Source of the DNA: Deinococcota bacterium
GTDB lineage: Bacteria > Deinococcota > Deinococci > Deinococcales > Thermaceae
DNA: 64,000 bases
Assembly: GCA_041695225.1 (NCBI GenBank)
Contig: JBGFRI010000005.1
Coordinates: 32,001 to 96,000 of the forward strand
Reading direction: 5' to 3'
The notes beneath the pieces were generated by a model. The model had not been told where the DNA came from, made no database searches, and was given only the letters and a program-made list of their open reading frames with translations. Shown one piece after another: positions 32,556 to 44,922 of this stretch; positions within the stretch are counted from its first letter, which is position 1, and each line of letters starts with the position of its first letter. The position numbers and the translations under genes are program-made.

Positions 32556-33095
32556 TTAGCGACTCTGGCTTTGCTTGAAGCGCTCAATGCAGGCTCTGAC
32601 CTCGGCCAACGCGCTGGCCCGGTCTTTCCAGCCGGAAACCTTCACCCACTTGCCCTTGTGGGCCTCGAGGGCCTTGTAGGTCTCGAAGAAATTCTGGATC
32701 TCCTGTTTGTGGGCAAGTGGCAGATCGGCCAGGTCCCGAATGTGATCCCAGCGGGGGTCTTCGGCTACCACGCCGATAATTTTGGCATCGCCGCCTTTTT
32801 CATCTATCATGTCCACCATACCCAGAATTCGCACATCTACCAGCACCCCCGGCAGAACCGGGTAGGTCGAGAGGACTATGCCATCCAGCGGGTCGCCATC
32901 GTCGGCCAGGGTAGAGGGAATGAAGCCATAGTCTCCAGGGTAAAACTGCGCGGTGGGTAGCACCCGGTCTAGTTTTACTACCTCCAGGTCGGGGTCGTAT
33001 TCGTATTTGTTGGCAGAGCCGCGGGGAACTTCAATGACCATCGAGACCACATCGGGAGCCTTTTTGCCAACCGGAAGGTTTTTAAGGTTTGCCAT
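32556..33095 (-). CDS. ppa: Inorganic pyrophosphatase (family I)
   Basis: NKYEYD, YGFIPSTL, DGDPLD, FFETYK. Confidence 0.96.
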   Translation of the reverse strand: MANLKNLPVGKKAPDVVSMVIEVPRGSANKYEYDPDLEVVKLDRVLPTAQFYPGDYGFIPSTLADDGDPLDGIVLSTYPVLPGVLVDVRILGMVDMIDEKGGDAKIIGVVAEDPRWDHIRDLADLPLAHKQEIQNFFETYKALEAHKGKWVKVSGWKDRASALAEVRACIERFKQSQSR

Positions 33096-33163
33096 AGCGC
33101 ACCCATTTTGACATCTGGACCACAAAAGCGATAGTTGCAGGGCAAAAGCAGCTCGAATTAGGA

Positions 33164-33220
33164 GTGTCTCAAGTCTCAAGTCTCAGGTCTTTCTAGCTTC
33201 CGACCTGCGACCTGCGACAT
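33164..33220. repeat. Heptamer-repeat hairpin element
   Basis: gtctcaa-gtctcaa-gtctcag ... gacctgc-gacctgc-gacat, same family as 2125-2256. Confidence 0.75.
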
Positions 33221-33430
33221 CTTTATATTCATCTGGCTGCGCTAATCAACTTCAGCCTGGTCGTGATAGGCTTGACAGGCCTGAGTTCTGGCCCAGCCGC
33301 ATATGCTAAGGGTAACACGAATCTTGCACACCGTATTATGTGCTATTCAATTGCAGATTGCAGGTCTAAGGTTGCCGATCGGGCAGAGGCAGAAAACCAC
33401 ATCACCAGGTGACCCGGCGGAAAGGAGCAG

Positions 33431-34294
33431 GTGTTTAGGGTAGAACGGGTAAAACACCGATACCAGCGCTCGCTGCGCCTGGTAATGGTCATTCTTGGCC
33501 TTCAGCTTTCGGCTTTTGGCCTGGGCCAGTCGCTCAGCTTTGGCCTGTATGGTCGTTTGTCGCCGGATCATCTCACACCCACGCTCGAGGCCACCCTCCC
33601 GCTGGGCACTTTTGACCTGCATACCCGGTTTCAGCAGGGCGCAATGGGGGTTGGTCTGGGTAGCACCATGGGGTTTGCTGCCCTGGGGCAGGTAAGCTAT
33701 GGTGTGCTTGCCAGTCTGGGCTTTGCGGGCTGGGGCCTGCAGGGCAGCGCCAGTGGAACCTTTGGGCCGTTAGCAGCCAGTATCGAGGCCCTTTATAGCA
33801 ACACCCTGCGCTCCAATTTGTGGGTGGGCGACCAGGCCGAGGGCGGATTAAGGCTGGGGCTGGCAGGGCGCTACCGCCTGGCCCCCCGGCAGACCCTGGG
33901 CCTGCAACTTGGTTTCAGTCGAGACCTGCTGGGTACGCCTCGAGGTTCCGGCGAGCTAACCTATGCGCTGCGACAGTCCCAGACCTACACCTTTGGGCTG
34001 GGGGTAGACGATTCACGCCTCTACGGCCTGCTAGGCTGGCGGGGCGAAATAGATGCTGCCGGAACCATGCTCACTACAACCCTGCGGGCCGGGCAGCTCA
34101 ACCGGTTGGAAGCCGCCCTTACTGCTCCTTTGGACCCGGAGCAATTCAACAATCTTAAGCTGCACCTAACCCTGGCCTATCCATGGGCTGCTAGCCTGGG
34201 GGTGGAGGCCCACGGCTTTCGCGCGGATGCAGCCTACGATGGCGGGTTTTCCCTGTGGCTACGCTACCGGCTAACACCTGGAGGCAATGAATGA
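33431..34294 (+). CDS. Exported beta-strand-rich (putative outer-membrane) protein
   Basis: Signal-like segment and alternating amphipathic strands; overlaps the next gene; start uncertain. Confidence 0.7.
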   Translation: MFRVERVKHRYQRSLRLVMVILGLQLSAFGLGQSLSFGLYGRLSPDHLTPTLEATLPLGTFDLHTRFQQGAMGVGLGSTMGFAALGQVSYGVLASLGFAGWGLQGSASGTFGPLAASIEALYSNTLRSNLWVGDQAEGGLRLGLAGRYRLAPRQTLGLQLGFSRDLLGTPRGSGELTYALRQSQTYTFGLGVDDSRLYGLLGWRGEIDAAGTMLTTTLRAGQLNRLEAALTAPLDPEQFNNLKLHLTLAYPWAASLGVEAHGFRADAAYDGGFSLWLRYRLTPGGNE

Positions 34295-34947
34295 ATAAAC
34301 TACTGGCAATAGCTGCTGTACTTTTCCTTGGCCTGGGGGTGGCCCAGACTATTCCCGAGATCACCCGTCAGGTGCAGGCCAACCTGGACCGCTCGCCCTG
34401 GGAGGCTACCATCAGCGGCAGGATACAGCTACCCGACGGCAGCAGCCAGGAGGCCGAGTTCAGACTGCAGGTGATTCCGGGCAGGGAGCAGTTGGCTCGA
34501 GTAGAGTTCAAAAGACCCGCTGCCCTCGAGGGTAACTTTATGGTGGTCTCGGATCGAGAAGTCTGGAACTACTTGTTCTTGACCAATCAGTTGATCATTC
34601 AGCCCAGGGCCAGGGCCCGCGTGGAGGGATTGGGGATCAACCTGGCCGACTTGGGCGATTTTCACCAGCTCTCCGAGCGAGTCGCGCTACGGCTGGCCGG
34701 CGAACAAAACAGCCCTGCCGGAGCAGTCTGGCGCATTACCGGCACACCACGGGATGCCACCTTGGGCTTTGCCAGCATGGAACTTCTGGTGCTCAAGTCC
34801 GACCCCCGGCCCCTCTCCATCACCCTGCGCGACAGCAGCAATAATGTGGTCAGCGAGCTACGCATGGGCGACTTCCGCCGGGCCAACCTCACCCCTCAGA
34901 TGCTGCGCAGGCGGCCCGCCGACGCCGAGATACTGCGGCGTAACTGA
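34291..34947 (+). CDS. LolA-like outer-membrane lipoprotein carrier protein
   Basis: Signal peptide, RVEFKRP..VVSDREVWNYL..NQL. Confidence 0.8.
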   Translation: MNKLLAIAAVLFLGLGVAQTIPEITRQVQANLDRSPWEATISGRIQLPDGSSQEAEFRLQVIPGREQLARVEFKRPAALEGNFMVVSDREVWNYLFLTNQLIIQPRARARVEGLGINLADLGDFHQLSERVALRLAGEQNSPAGAVWRITGTPRDATLGFASMELLVLKSDPRPLSITLRDSSNNVVSELRMGDFRRANLTPQMLRRRPADAEILRRN

Positions 34948-35389
34948 CTGCAAAGTTAGCGCTCTGGACTTGCAAGGGCGCCCGGCGCAGCGCTCGGCCT
35001 CGAGCTCATTCGTGCGGCAGGCTTTTTGTCAGGGGTAGTGTTCTCGAGCGGCCCGTCCAGGTCTGCCGCGCTTTCAGCAGGAACTTGTTGCGCCGTGCCC
35101 TTTTGCCCGAGTTTGAATTTTTGCGTCCTGAGCGGGGAGGCTAGGTTCCATCCTGTCGGGGTTTCCAGTGCCGGCGGAGGAGTTTTGGCATTAGATGGGC
35201 GCGTGTGGCAGTGTTGGGTGGTAAGGGTGGGCAAGTTTTCCACACGCTGGACGAGATCTCAGGTTCGGCCATTCCGACCCTTCAGGCGGGGGGATGCCAG
35301 CGCTCCGCAGGCTCGAGCGACTCGACGGACCCAGGTGGCTGCCGCAATCACGCGTATGCAAGCCCAGGGTGGTTGTTCGCTTTATGTAA

Positions 35390-36046
35390 TCAAAGTAGCT
35401 CGGCCAGACTAACCCGCACCACATAGCGTTTTTGCGAAGGGGTAGAAGGATATTTTTTCAACAGTTCAACCAGGTCGCGCTGAAGAGATTTGGCGTCATC
35501 GAAGCTGAGGCCGATCACAGATACCAGGCTCAGTGATGCAGACTCTTCGGAGGAGAGAAATAGATCGATGTCAATCTTACGGCCTTGGCGATCGGCCAGA
35601 TAGGAGCTAACCCGGTCACCCTCGAAATAAACCTCGAGCCCTACGCTGGTGAAGCTCCGGGTAGCTCCCCGCAAGGTTTTCAGTATTCCGGCAATAAAGG
35701 AGGCATCAAAGTGATTGAATGTTTGCTGAAGCACGCTTTCAAGCCCGGTATCACTAAGAAGTGCGATGGGGACGAAATATCTACTGGCAGTAGCCTGATA
35801 AAACTTGATGGGACTACCTTTACGCTGCTCTTCTCGCGCCACCCGAACCAGACCAAGCTGCTTCAGCCGCTTAATCCTGTAAACAGCCTGGTGGAGCCCA
35901 AGCTTTAGCCCCTTGCTGTACTGTTTTGCTGTAAGCTGCCGGTTCACCAAGGGCGCCAGATAAATGAGTTCCTTTACGTCGCTAAGAAGCCTGCCAGTGC
36001 GTGGGTCTTCTACAACCAGTGGGCTGGTGGAATTGGGGCTTTGCAT
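35390..36046 (-). CDS. Winged-helix transcriptional regulator
   Basis: AVYRIKRLKQLGLVRVAREEQRKGSPIKFYQATA; C-terminal LSFDDAKSLQRDL. Confidence 0.8.
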   Translation of the reverse strand: MQSPNSTSPLVVEDPRTGRLLSDVKELIYLAPLVNRQLTAKQYSKGLKLGLHQAVYRIKRLKQLGLVRVAREEQRKGSPIKFYQATASRYFVPIALLSDTGLESVLQQTFNHFDASFIAGILKTLRGATRSFTSVGLEVYFEGDRVSSYLADRQGRKIDIDLFLSSEESASLSLVSVIGLSFDDAKSLQRDLVELLKKYPSTPSQKRYVVRVSLAELL

Positions 36047-36125
36047 TTACACCAGATTAGGCCCAACATCCAGTCTCATGGGGACCAAAACCACACTTCG
36101 GCTGCCCTGGAAAGGAACAAGATCA

Positions 36126-37129
36126 TGATTGGAACACCTGCGAGTGCTGGTCAGACTGGCTGCTGGAACAATCCCCCAGTTGAAACCGGGGAGAGCAAAA
36201 AGGTTTTGCTGTCCGCCCAGGGTCTGGTAAAAACCTACCGTCATGGCCGGGTTGTACAGGCGGTACAGGGGGTCTCCCTTCGCCTGGTTGCAGCAGAGGT
36301 ACTGGCGTTCTTAGGGCCTAATGGGGCGGGCAAAAGCACCTGTATCAAGATGCTGGCCGGTCTAGTTGAGCCCGATGGTGGGGAAATTGAAGTTCTGGGT
36401 CAGAGGCTTGCCCGTAATCCAGGGATCAAGCGGGAAATTGGGGTGGTGCTGGAAGGCAACCGAAACCTGTACTGGCGAATGACTCCACTGGAGAACCTTA
36501 TATATTTCGGAAGACTGCGTGGTATAGGCTACAAAGAAGCCAGAAGGCGCAGTATCGAGCTCCTCGAGCGGCTGGACCTTTCAGAAAAGAGAAATTCTCT
36601 GGTTCAGCAGCTATCGAGGGGAATGCAGCAGAAAGTGGCTATAGCAGCGGCTTTGGTGCATAACCCTCGCATTTTACTGCTCGACGAGCCAGCTTTGGGT
36701 CTGGATGTGGTGGGCGCCGAAAGTTTGAAGCGAATTCTGCGCGAACTGACTGCCGAGGGTCGGGCGGTTCTAATCGCTACCCATCAACTAGACATCGCTG
36801 AAGCGCTGGCTAACAAAGTAGTTGTTCTTAATAAAGGCTGCCTTGTGGCGGACGCAAAGCTAAACGAGCTAATTGCCCGCTTCTCCAGGGAGGTTTTCGA
36901 AATTGAGGTAGGCGAGACGCTGTCACCCGAAGTTACCAGCAAGCTCGAGGCAGCCGGGGCGCTGGTCGAGCAACAAATTATCAGTGCGCCGGGCGAGTTT
37001 GCGGATATTTGGCCGGTGCTGGCCCTGGTAAAAGACCTGAGAGTGACAAGGGTAGAAAGGGCTCGAGCCAGCCTAAGCGGGGTGTATCTGAAGTTGCTGG
37101 GAGGCGAAGATGTTTCGGCTCGTCCATAA
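36126..37129 (+). CDS. ABC exporter ATP-binding protein
   Basis: GPNGAGKST, LSRGMQQK, LLLDEP; start uncertain. Confidence 0.92.
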
Positions 37130-37883
37130 CGAATTCTTGCGTACCTCCATTGTCTTCAGACGCTACTTTGGTGAGTCGCTGAGCGGGCTGCTGGTTCTGA
37201 CTCTTATTTTTTATGGTATTTTTCTGGGTTCAACCTACCTGGCTGGCCCTGTAGCCCAGTTTGGCAATCGGCTGGAGTCGCTGGTGGTTGGGTTTATTGC
37301 CTGGACTCTATTCATAATTGCCTTTTCCGGTATCGGCAATGGCATCTCGGAAGAAGCGCAAACAGGCGTACTGGAGCAAGTTTTTATGGCAGCCCACCCG
37401 CCTTTGGTTGTTTTCTTAGCCCGTGCTTTGGCTGCGCTTTTATTTGTTCTCATACTCAACTCGCTGGTGCTCGCAATTCTGGTTTTATTAACAGGGGTAA
37501 AACTCCAGCTGCCCTGGGAAATTGTTCCAGTGGTAGCGACTGTCCTACTCGCGGCCTATGGTCTGGGTTTCATGCTGGGAGCAGTAGCCCTGGTATGGAA
37601 AAGGATTACTCAGCTCATCAGCCTGCTCCAGTTTGCCCTCCTGTTTGTCCTGGTGACTCCATTTGAGCAATTAAATCTCGCCAGTAACTGGGTTTTATAC
37701 GTGTTACCCGCAGCCCCGGGAGTTAGCCAGATGCGGGAGATCATGGCCCGTGGCGAACCATTGGAAATTGCAGGTTTATTGGTTTCTGCAGTAAACGGAG
37801 CGGCCTTCTTCGCTCTTGGTGCACTGCTATTCAACTGGTCGGTGAGGTATGTACGAAAGAAGGGGCTCACGAGCGGCTACTAA
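37110..37883 (+). CDS. ABC-2 type permease
   Basis: About six TM helices, EEAQTGVLEQ motif. Confidence 0.9.
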   Translation: MFRLVHNEFLRTSIVFRRYFGESLSGLLVLTLIFYGIFLGSTYLAGPVAQFGNRLESLVVGFIAWTLFIIAFSGIGNGISEEAQTGVLEQVFMAAHPPLVVFLARALAALLFVLILNSLVLAILVLLTGVKLQLPWEIVPVVATVLLAAYGLGFMLGAVALVWKRITQLISLLQFALLFVLVTPFEQLNLASNWVLYVLPAAPGVSQMREIMARGEPLEIAGLLVSAVNGAAFFALGALLFNWSVRYVRKKGLTSGY

Positions 37884-37960
37884 CCGCAAACCAGTGGATT
37901 TGGCTACCTGAAGCCTCTGCTTGAAGCCGGCCTCGCGAATGATCTCGCCCTTGGTTCTAC

Positions 37961-38255
37961 CCTACCAAGAAACTCCCTTCCGTTTTGGCGCCAAGGGTGC
38001 ATACAGCTCATAGAAAACTCCCTTCCTACGGGGCTCTTTCACCCCCTTACTAAGGGGGGTTGGGGGGATCGGGAGGGTGGGTACGGTGATTTATAGAGCC
38101 TGCGATACCGCTGCAAGTTTTCCCTGGAACAATCCCCCGGCTTGCTGACGCTCGCCACCCCCCTTGTTAGGGGGGGCATCCCCAGGTCGCAAAAACCTGC
38201 CAAGAAACTCCCTTGGGTTTGGTCGCCACAGGTACGCGGGGCTCATGGAAAACTC
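37961..38255 (-). repeat. ~300-bp dispersed element, copy 2 (inverted relative to 14180-14477)
   Basis: Colinear reverse complement of copy 1, e.g. ggggggatcgggagggtgggtacggtgatttatagag. Confidence 0.85.
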
Positions 38256-38329
38256 ACTTGACCATCCAGCACCCCGACGGACACCGCCTGGCCCTGAGAG
38301 GTTACGCCTGACAAAACACTTCTGCAAGG

Positions 38330-40357
<2,028 letters not shown>

Positions 40358-40489
40358 TCATAGGTAGCATGACTGATAAAAAAGCCCAGAATAGTCGCCA
40401 GAGGGGTTGTTTTATCGGTTTAGCACAGGTTTGTGCAGAAGTGCCTTGAATGGTGGCGTCAGTCCTAATTCCGATGGAAGCAAAATGCC

Positions 40490-41407
40490 CTAGCGCTTGA
40501 TCGAACCCACCGCGCTGATGGCCTGCTCGCTCGAGCCGGTATTCAGGCGCAAGCGTTTGCCCAGTTCTCGCCACCAGATATACGCTGGGCTGTCGAGGCG
40601 TTTGACCTGCTCCAGGTCGGCATCCCGTCGCCACAGCTTGAGCCGCAACAAAAACAGATTCAAGAAGAGATCGCGGTACTCCGCACTCGCACGCCCCATG
40701 TGAAAGTGGAAACGCAGCCCCCGGTGCTGAGAGAAAGAGATGATCATGGGCACCCCCTCGGGGCCTTCGACTGGAATTTCCACACTGCTGTCGGAGAAGG
40801 TCGAGGCGGTGAACTCGTACTCCTCCTGGATCATGCCCAGTTCGCGCAGCACCAGGGCAAAGGCCCGCATCTCGAGCCCGTTGATCTCGCGGTAGATACG
40901 ATCGATCAGGTCGAAGGTTGAGCTGTAATGAAACTGCTCCCCGGACTCTCGGGCCCACCACATAGCGTACTGGCCCTTGGGCGGGCTTAGCGCAGCCTGG
41001 ATGTAGAGCCGGTCCCGATGGGTAACCGGCTCTATGGCCTCGGGGTAAATGGCCAGCAGATCGTCGGTGCTATAGAAGACCGGGCGGATGCGCCCCCATT
41101 TCTGGGCCAGCTCCTGCACGGCCACATAGTGGGCGGCGGCTTTTTCATCGGGGATCGGGTAGAAAAAGAGTTCATATTCGCCGTCCTCGGCCCGCACCCG
41201 CAGCGGAATTTCCAGCACCCCTTCTCTGGTCAGGCGCAGCACATCGGCCTCGAGCACCTGGATGCCCGAGTTATGAAAGACCGTCTCCACCGTGGTAGCA
41301 AAGATCAGGTGATTGGCCGTCCTGGCCTCGGGCGCCCGGCTGGTAATCAGACCCTCGAGCCTAACCTGGGGCCAGTGATCTGGGGCGTTGGTATATAGCT
41401 CTGGCAT
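40490..41407 (-). CDS. Hypothetical protein
   Basis: 305-aa ORF, host-like codon use, GGGGAG RBS. Confidence 0.8.
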   Translation of the reverse strand: MPELYTNAPDHWPQVRLEGLITSRAPEARTANHLIFATTVETVFHNSGIQVLEADVLRLTREGVLEIPLRVRAEDGEYELFFYPIPDEKAAAHYVAVQELAQKWGRIRPVFYSTDDLLAIYPEAIEPVTHRDRLYIQAALSPPKGQYAMWWARESGEQFHYSSTFDLIDRIYREINGLEMRAFALVLRELGMIQEEYEFTASTFSDSSVEIPVEGPEGVPMIISFSQHRGLRFHFHMGRASAEYRDLFLNLFLLRLKLWRRDADLEQVKRLDSPAYIWWRELGKRLRLNTGSSEQAISAVGSIKR

Positions 41408-41771
41408 CTCCCCTCAGGCACCATATTAGCCAGGTTCCTACCGGCTTCCTGTGACATTTGAGAACTGCCGGGTTGGTCTGGGAGTATCCCCCTGTTGGCG
41501 GTGGTTGTAGATTATCGCTCAGTAAAGAACCAGCTGGCGTAGTACGCACGCCCCTCGATAAATACACGGTGGGGTACACGGCCCGGCTCATTCGCATGGT
41601 CTAAGACTTCCATGGTGTGGAAAGCGATCTATTTGCAGCCGCTGCCGTCAGCCAGGCCCCTAGGCGAGTCGCTTACGCGATTCCGGCAAAGCCGTAACCT
41701 AGTGCTACTGGCTGGTCTTCCCATGACATATCAGGAATAGGCTTTCGTGGAGTTAGGCCTCGAGGTTACCC

Positions 41772-42605
41772 ATGAACGAAACCACTGCCAAGCAGTCTGC
41801 ACCTCTGTTGGGTGCAGCCATGCCCATTCGCTCAATCGCCGCTCACCGCGACTGGCTGCTGGAGGAAGGCGGGCGCGACCTGGAGATACAGGACAGTTTT
41901 CATGCACGGGCGCTGGACAGCGACTGGGCGCCACTGGTAGCCCAGGCCAGGACTGCGCTGGACGGTTATGCCGGGAGGCTGGGCATCCACGGCCCCTACG
42001 ACGGCCTGTCCATTGCCAGCACCGACCCGGCGGTACAGCAGTTTGTGGCGGGGCGCTACCTGAGGGCGCTGGAGTTTGCCGCGGCGCTGGGTGCAACTCA
42101 CATGGTAATCCACAGCCCCTTCTTGTTTTTTGGTCATCCACAGGTGGCTCACTCACCGGAAAACGGGCTGGCGCAGGAGCTCGAGGCCGCCCATCAGACC
42201 CTGGCCAGCGTACTCTCGGTAGCCAGCGGCCTGGGCCTGACCCTGGTGATTGAGAACATCTGCGACACCAACCCCGCCCCCCTGCTGGAGCTGGTGCGCT
42301 CCTTTGACTCCCCCTGGGTTCGGCTCGGCCTGGATGTCGGACATGTACATCTGATGCAGCGCATTGGCGGCCCCACCCCCGACGCATGGGTGCGCCAGGC
42401 CCGGAGCCTGTTGGGGCACCTGCACCTGCAAGACAACGATGGAACCTACGACTATCACTGGAACCCGGGCCAGGGCGGGGTCAACTGGTGGGCATTGTTC
42501 GCTGCACTGGCCGAGACTGCTGGCGCCCCCCGGCTCATCCTGGAAACCAAAGGCTCGGTGCTACCTGCTGCACACTGGCTGGCCAGGCAGGGCTTTGCTC
42601 GCTAA
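41772..42605 (+). CDS. Sugar-phosphate isomerase/epimerase (xylose isomerase-like TIM barrel)
   Basis: GIHGP, VIH, VIENI, LDVGH, HLHLQDNDG..DYHW, ILE metal ligands. Confidence 0.88.
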   Translation: MNETTAKQSAPLLGAAMPIRSIAAHRDWLLEEGGRDLEIQDSFHARALDSDWAPLVAQARTALDGYAGRLGIHGPYDGLSIASTDPAVQQFVAGRYLRALEFAAALGATHMVIHSPFLFFGHPQVAHSPENGLAQELEAAHQTLASVLSVASGLGLTLVIENICDTNPAPLLELVRSFDSPWVRLGLDVGHVHLMQRIGGPTPDAWVRQARSLLGHLHLQDNDGTYDYHWNPGQGGVNWWALFAALAETAGAPRLILETKGSVLPAAHWLARQGFAR

Positions 42606-42705
42606 GGCATTCAGGACCAAGGCGGGCCGGATGCCAGGACCAGGGGAAAAGTGGTCAGACGGTTGCGATTTCTCTGTCCTGACGCAGCACAGGTCTGGCC
42701 TGCGC

Positions 42706-42738
42706 TGACCGCTGCTTGACACAGGCAAAATATACATT
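42706..42738 (+). promoter_or_regulatory. Candidate Pho box upstream of phnG
   Basis: TGACC-N6-TGACA-N9-TATACATT. Confidence 0.6.
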
Positions 42739-42853
42739 GGTCTGTGCAGATATTAGCCAGCCGGAAGCCCGGCGCTCAGGGCCCGGAGTATACCCAGTAT
42801 CCCGAACCATTCGCCGGCCAGCAAGACTCAACCAGCCCCTGTGGAGGTTTGCC

Positions 42854-43288
42854 GTGGCAGAGGCGCTAGACCAGGGCGCTATCCTGAGCCTGCTTTGCCG
42901 GGCGCCCGCACCGGCGGTAAAAGCTCTGGCCGATCAGATCCTGCCCACCCTGGCCCAGCAGGGCAGCCTCGAGGTGGTGCATAACCGCACCGGGCTGGTC
43001 ATGCTGCCCTACCGCGATACCGTTCAGGGGGTCTTGTTTCACCTGGGCGAGGCGCTGATGGCCGAGGGACAGGTGCGGCAGGCCGGGTTTACCGGCTACG
43101 GGGCATGTCTGGGACGCGATCTGGAACAGGCCCTGGCGGTGGCACTGCTCGATCTGGCCGTGCAGCAGGGGGTGGGCCTGGACAAAATTCAGCCCTTTCT
43201 GGCCGAGGAGTCGCTGCGCCAGCAGGCCGAGCAAGACCAGTTGCTGCGCAAGGTAGAAGCTACCCGGGTGCAGATGGAGACCTTCTGA
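42854..43288 (+). CDS. phnG: C-P lyase subunit PhnG
   Basis: TGLVML..FHLGEA..GYG..LGRD..ALLD..ATRVQMETF; GGAGG RBS. Confidence 0.9.
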   Translation: MAEALDQGAILSLLCRAPAPAVKALADQILPTLAQQGSLEVVHNRTGLVMLPYRDTVQGVLFHLGEALMAEGQVRQAGFTGYGACLGRDLEQALAVALLDLAVQQGVGLDKIQPFLAEESLRQQAEQDQLLRKVEATRVQMETF

Positions 43289-43827
43289 TGGCCCCTGTCC
43301 AGACCCCCCTCGAGGCCCGCACCCAGGCCAGCTTCCGCGCCATGACGCAGGCCCTGGCCTACCCCGGCCAGCTTTTTCCGCTGCCCGAAAGCCCCCAGCC
43401 ACTGTTTTTGCTGGGCGAGGTGCTGGCCGACCAGGAGACCCGCTGCTACACCCCCGATACCGACTTACTGCGGTTGCTGCGGGATACCGGGGCGCGCCTG
43501 GCAGAACCGGCGGAGGCCGACTACCTCTTCTTCCCCAGGGTGGAGGAGGCCAGCCTGGCCCAGATTGCCCTGGCCCGGCGTGGCGAGCTGCTCTACCCCG
43601 ACCGCGCCGCCACCCTGGTGCTGGGCGTGAGCGCCAGCGGCCCGGCCCGTCGCTGGTCTGGTCCTGGCATCAAAGGGGAGCAGCTGGTCAGGCTGGGTGG
43701 GCTGCCCGAAGAATTCTGGCGACTGCGCCAGCAGGCCGTGCACTACCCGCTGGGCTGGGATGTGTTTTTTGTGCTGGGAAGCCAGGTGCTGGGGCTGCCC
43801 CGCACCACCAGCGTGGAGGTGAGCTAG
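43288..43827 (+). CDS. phnH: C-P lyase subunit PhnH
   Basis: FRAMTQALAYPG, YPDRAATL, GPGIKG, YPLGWD..LGLPRTT. Confidence 0.92.
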   Translation: MAPVQTPLEARTQASFRAMTQALAYPGQLFPLPESPQPLFLLGEVLADQETRCYTPDTDLLRLLRDTGARLAEPAEADYLFFPRVEEASLAQIALARRGELLYPDRAATLVLGVSASGPARRWSGPGIKGEQLVRLGGLPEEFWRLRQQAVHYPLGWDVFFVLGSQVLGLPRTTSVEVS

Positions 43828-44922
43828 ATGGCCTATGTTGCAGCCAGAGGCGGTGAGCAGGCCATCCAGGAAGCCGAGCGGCTTTTCGCCGAGCTACGGG
43901 GCGGGCTGAGCCCGGGGCGGGTTTTGGCCGTGCAAGAAGCCCTGCCTTACCTGCTAGACCGGGTGATGGGCGAGGCCTCGCTTTATGCCCCCGAGCTGGC
44001 CGCCCTGGCCCTGGCCCAGACTGGGGGCGAGCTTTACGAAGCGGTGCTGCTGCTGCGGGCCTACCGCACCACCCAGCCCCGCCTGGGCTATGCCCAGCCG
44101 GTGGAGCAGGACCAGCTTCTCACCCTGCGCCGCATCTCGGCCGCCTTCAAAGACCTGCCAGGTGGGCAGGTGCTGGGCCCTACCCTGGACTACTCCCACC
44201 GGGTCTTGCGGCTGGAGGTGGTCAAAAACGGTGCAACCCTGCTCGAGCAGGCTAGTCTGGCCCAGCAGCCCGCCCCGCCCCATTACCCGGCCCTGGCGGC
44301 CTGGCAGCGCCAGGCCGGCCTCTTGCCCGCCCACACGCCCGATCAGACCCCGCTGGACGAGATACCCGACCTGACCCGCGAGCCGCTCTTGTTCCCGGCG
44401 CCCAGAGCCCATCAGCTTCAAGGGCTGGCCCGGGGCGATACCGGCGGCATTCTGACCCTGGGCTACGCCGATATGCGCGGCTACGGCATCAGCCACCCCA
44501 CCATCAACGAGGTAAGGCTGGGCGAAGCCGAGGTGCGGCTCTGCCACCCTGGCACCGGGTCAGTTTTCAGCGCGGGGCGGGTACGGGTCTCGCAGGCCGA
44601 GATTGTGAGCAAGTTTGCCGGCTCTGCCGAGAAGCCCGAGCTCGAGCTGGGCTTTGCCGCTACCCTGGGCTGGAACGAGGTCAAGGTAATTGCCGCGGCC
44701 ATGCTCGAGCTGAACATGCGCTCCCCCGAGCCGCACCCCGCCCATACTGCCGAGTTTGTGCTCTACCACACCGAGCCGGTAGAGGCCTCGGGCTTCTGTA
44801 TCCACTACAAACTGCCGCACTACGTGACCTTCCAGTCGGCCCTCGAGGCCATGCGCCGGGTGCGCGAGCAGCCCGGGCCACCGCAGCAGGCCCAGGAAGA
44901 GCCCCAGGAGGTAGAGCCATGA
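43828..44922 (+). CDS. phnI: C-P lyase subunit PhnI
   Basis: MAYVAARGGEQAI, LLRAYRTT, RRISAAFKDLPGGQVLGPT, HYKLPHYVTFQS. Confidence 0.95.
   Translation: MAYVAARGGEQAIQEAERLFAELRGGLSPGRVLAVQEALPYLLDRVMGEASLYAPELAALALAQTGGELYEAVLLLRAYRTTQPRLGYAQPVEQDQLLTLRRISAAFKDLPGGQVLGPTLDYSHRVLRLEVVKNGATLLEQASLAQQPAPPHYPALAAWQRQAGLLPAHTPDQTPLDEIPDLTREPLLFPAPRAHQLQGLARGDTGGILTLGYADMRGYGISHPTINEVRLGEAEVRLCHPGTGSVFSAGRVRVSQAEIVSKFAGSAEKPELELGFAATLGWNEVKVIAAAMLELNMRSPEPHPAHTAEFVLYHTEPVEASGFCIHYKLPHYVTFQSALEAMRRVREQPGPPQQAQEEPQEVEP

Noticed and set aside
42716..42853. N-terminal extension of PhnG in the ORF track
   Set aside because: It overlaps the promoter motif; a GGAGG RBS supports the GTG at 42854.
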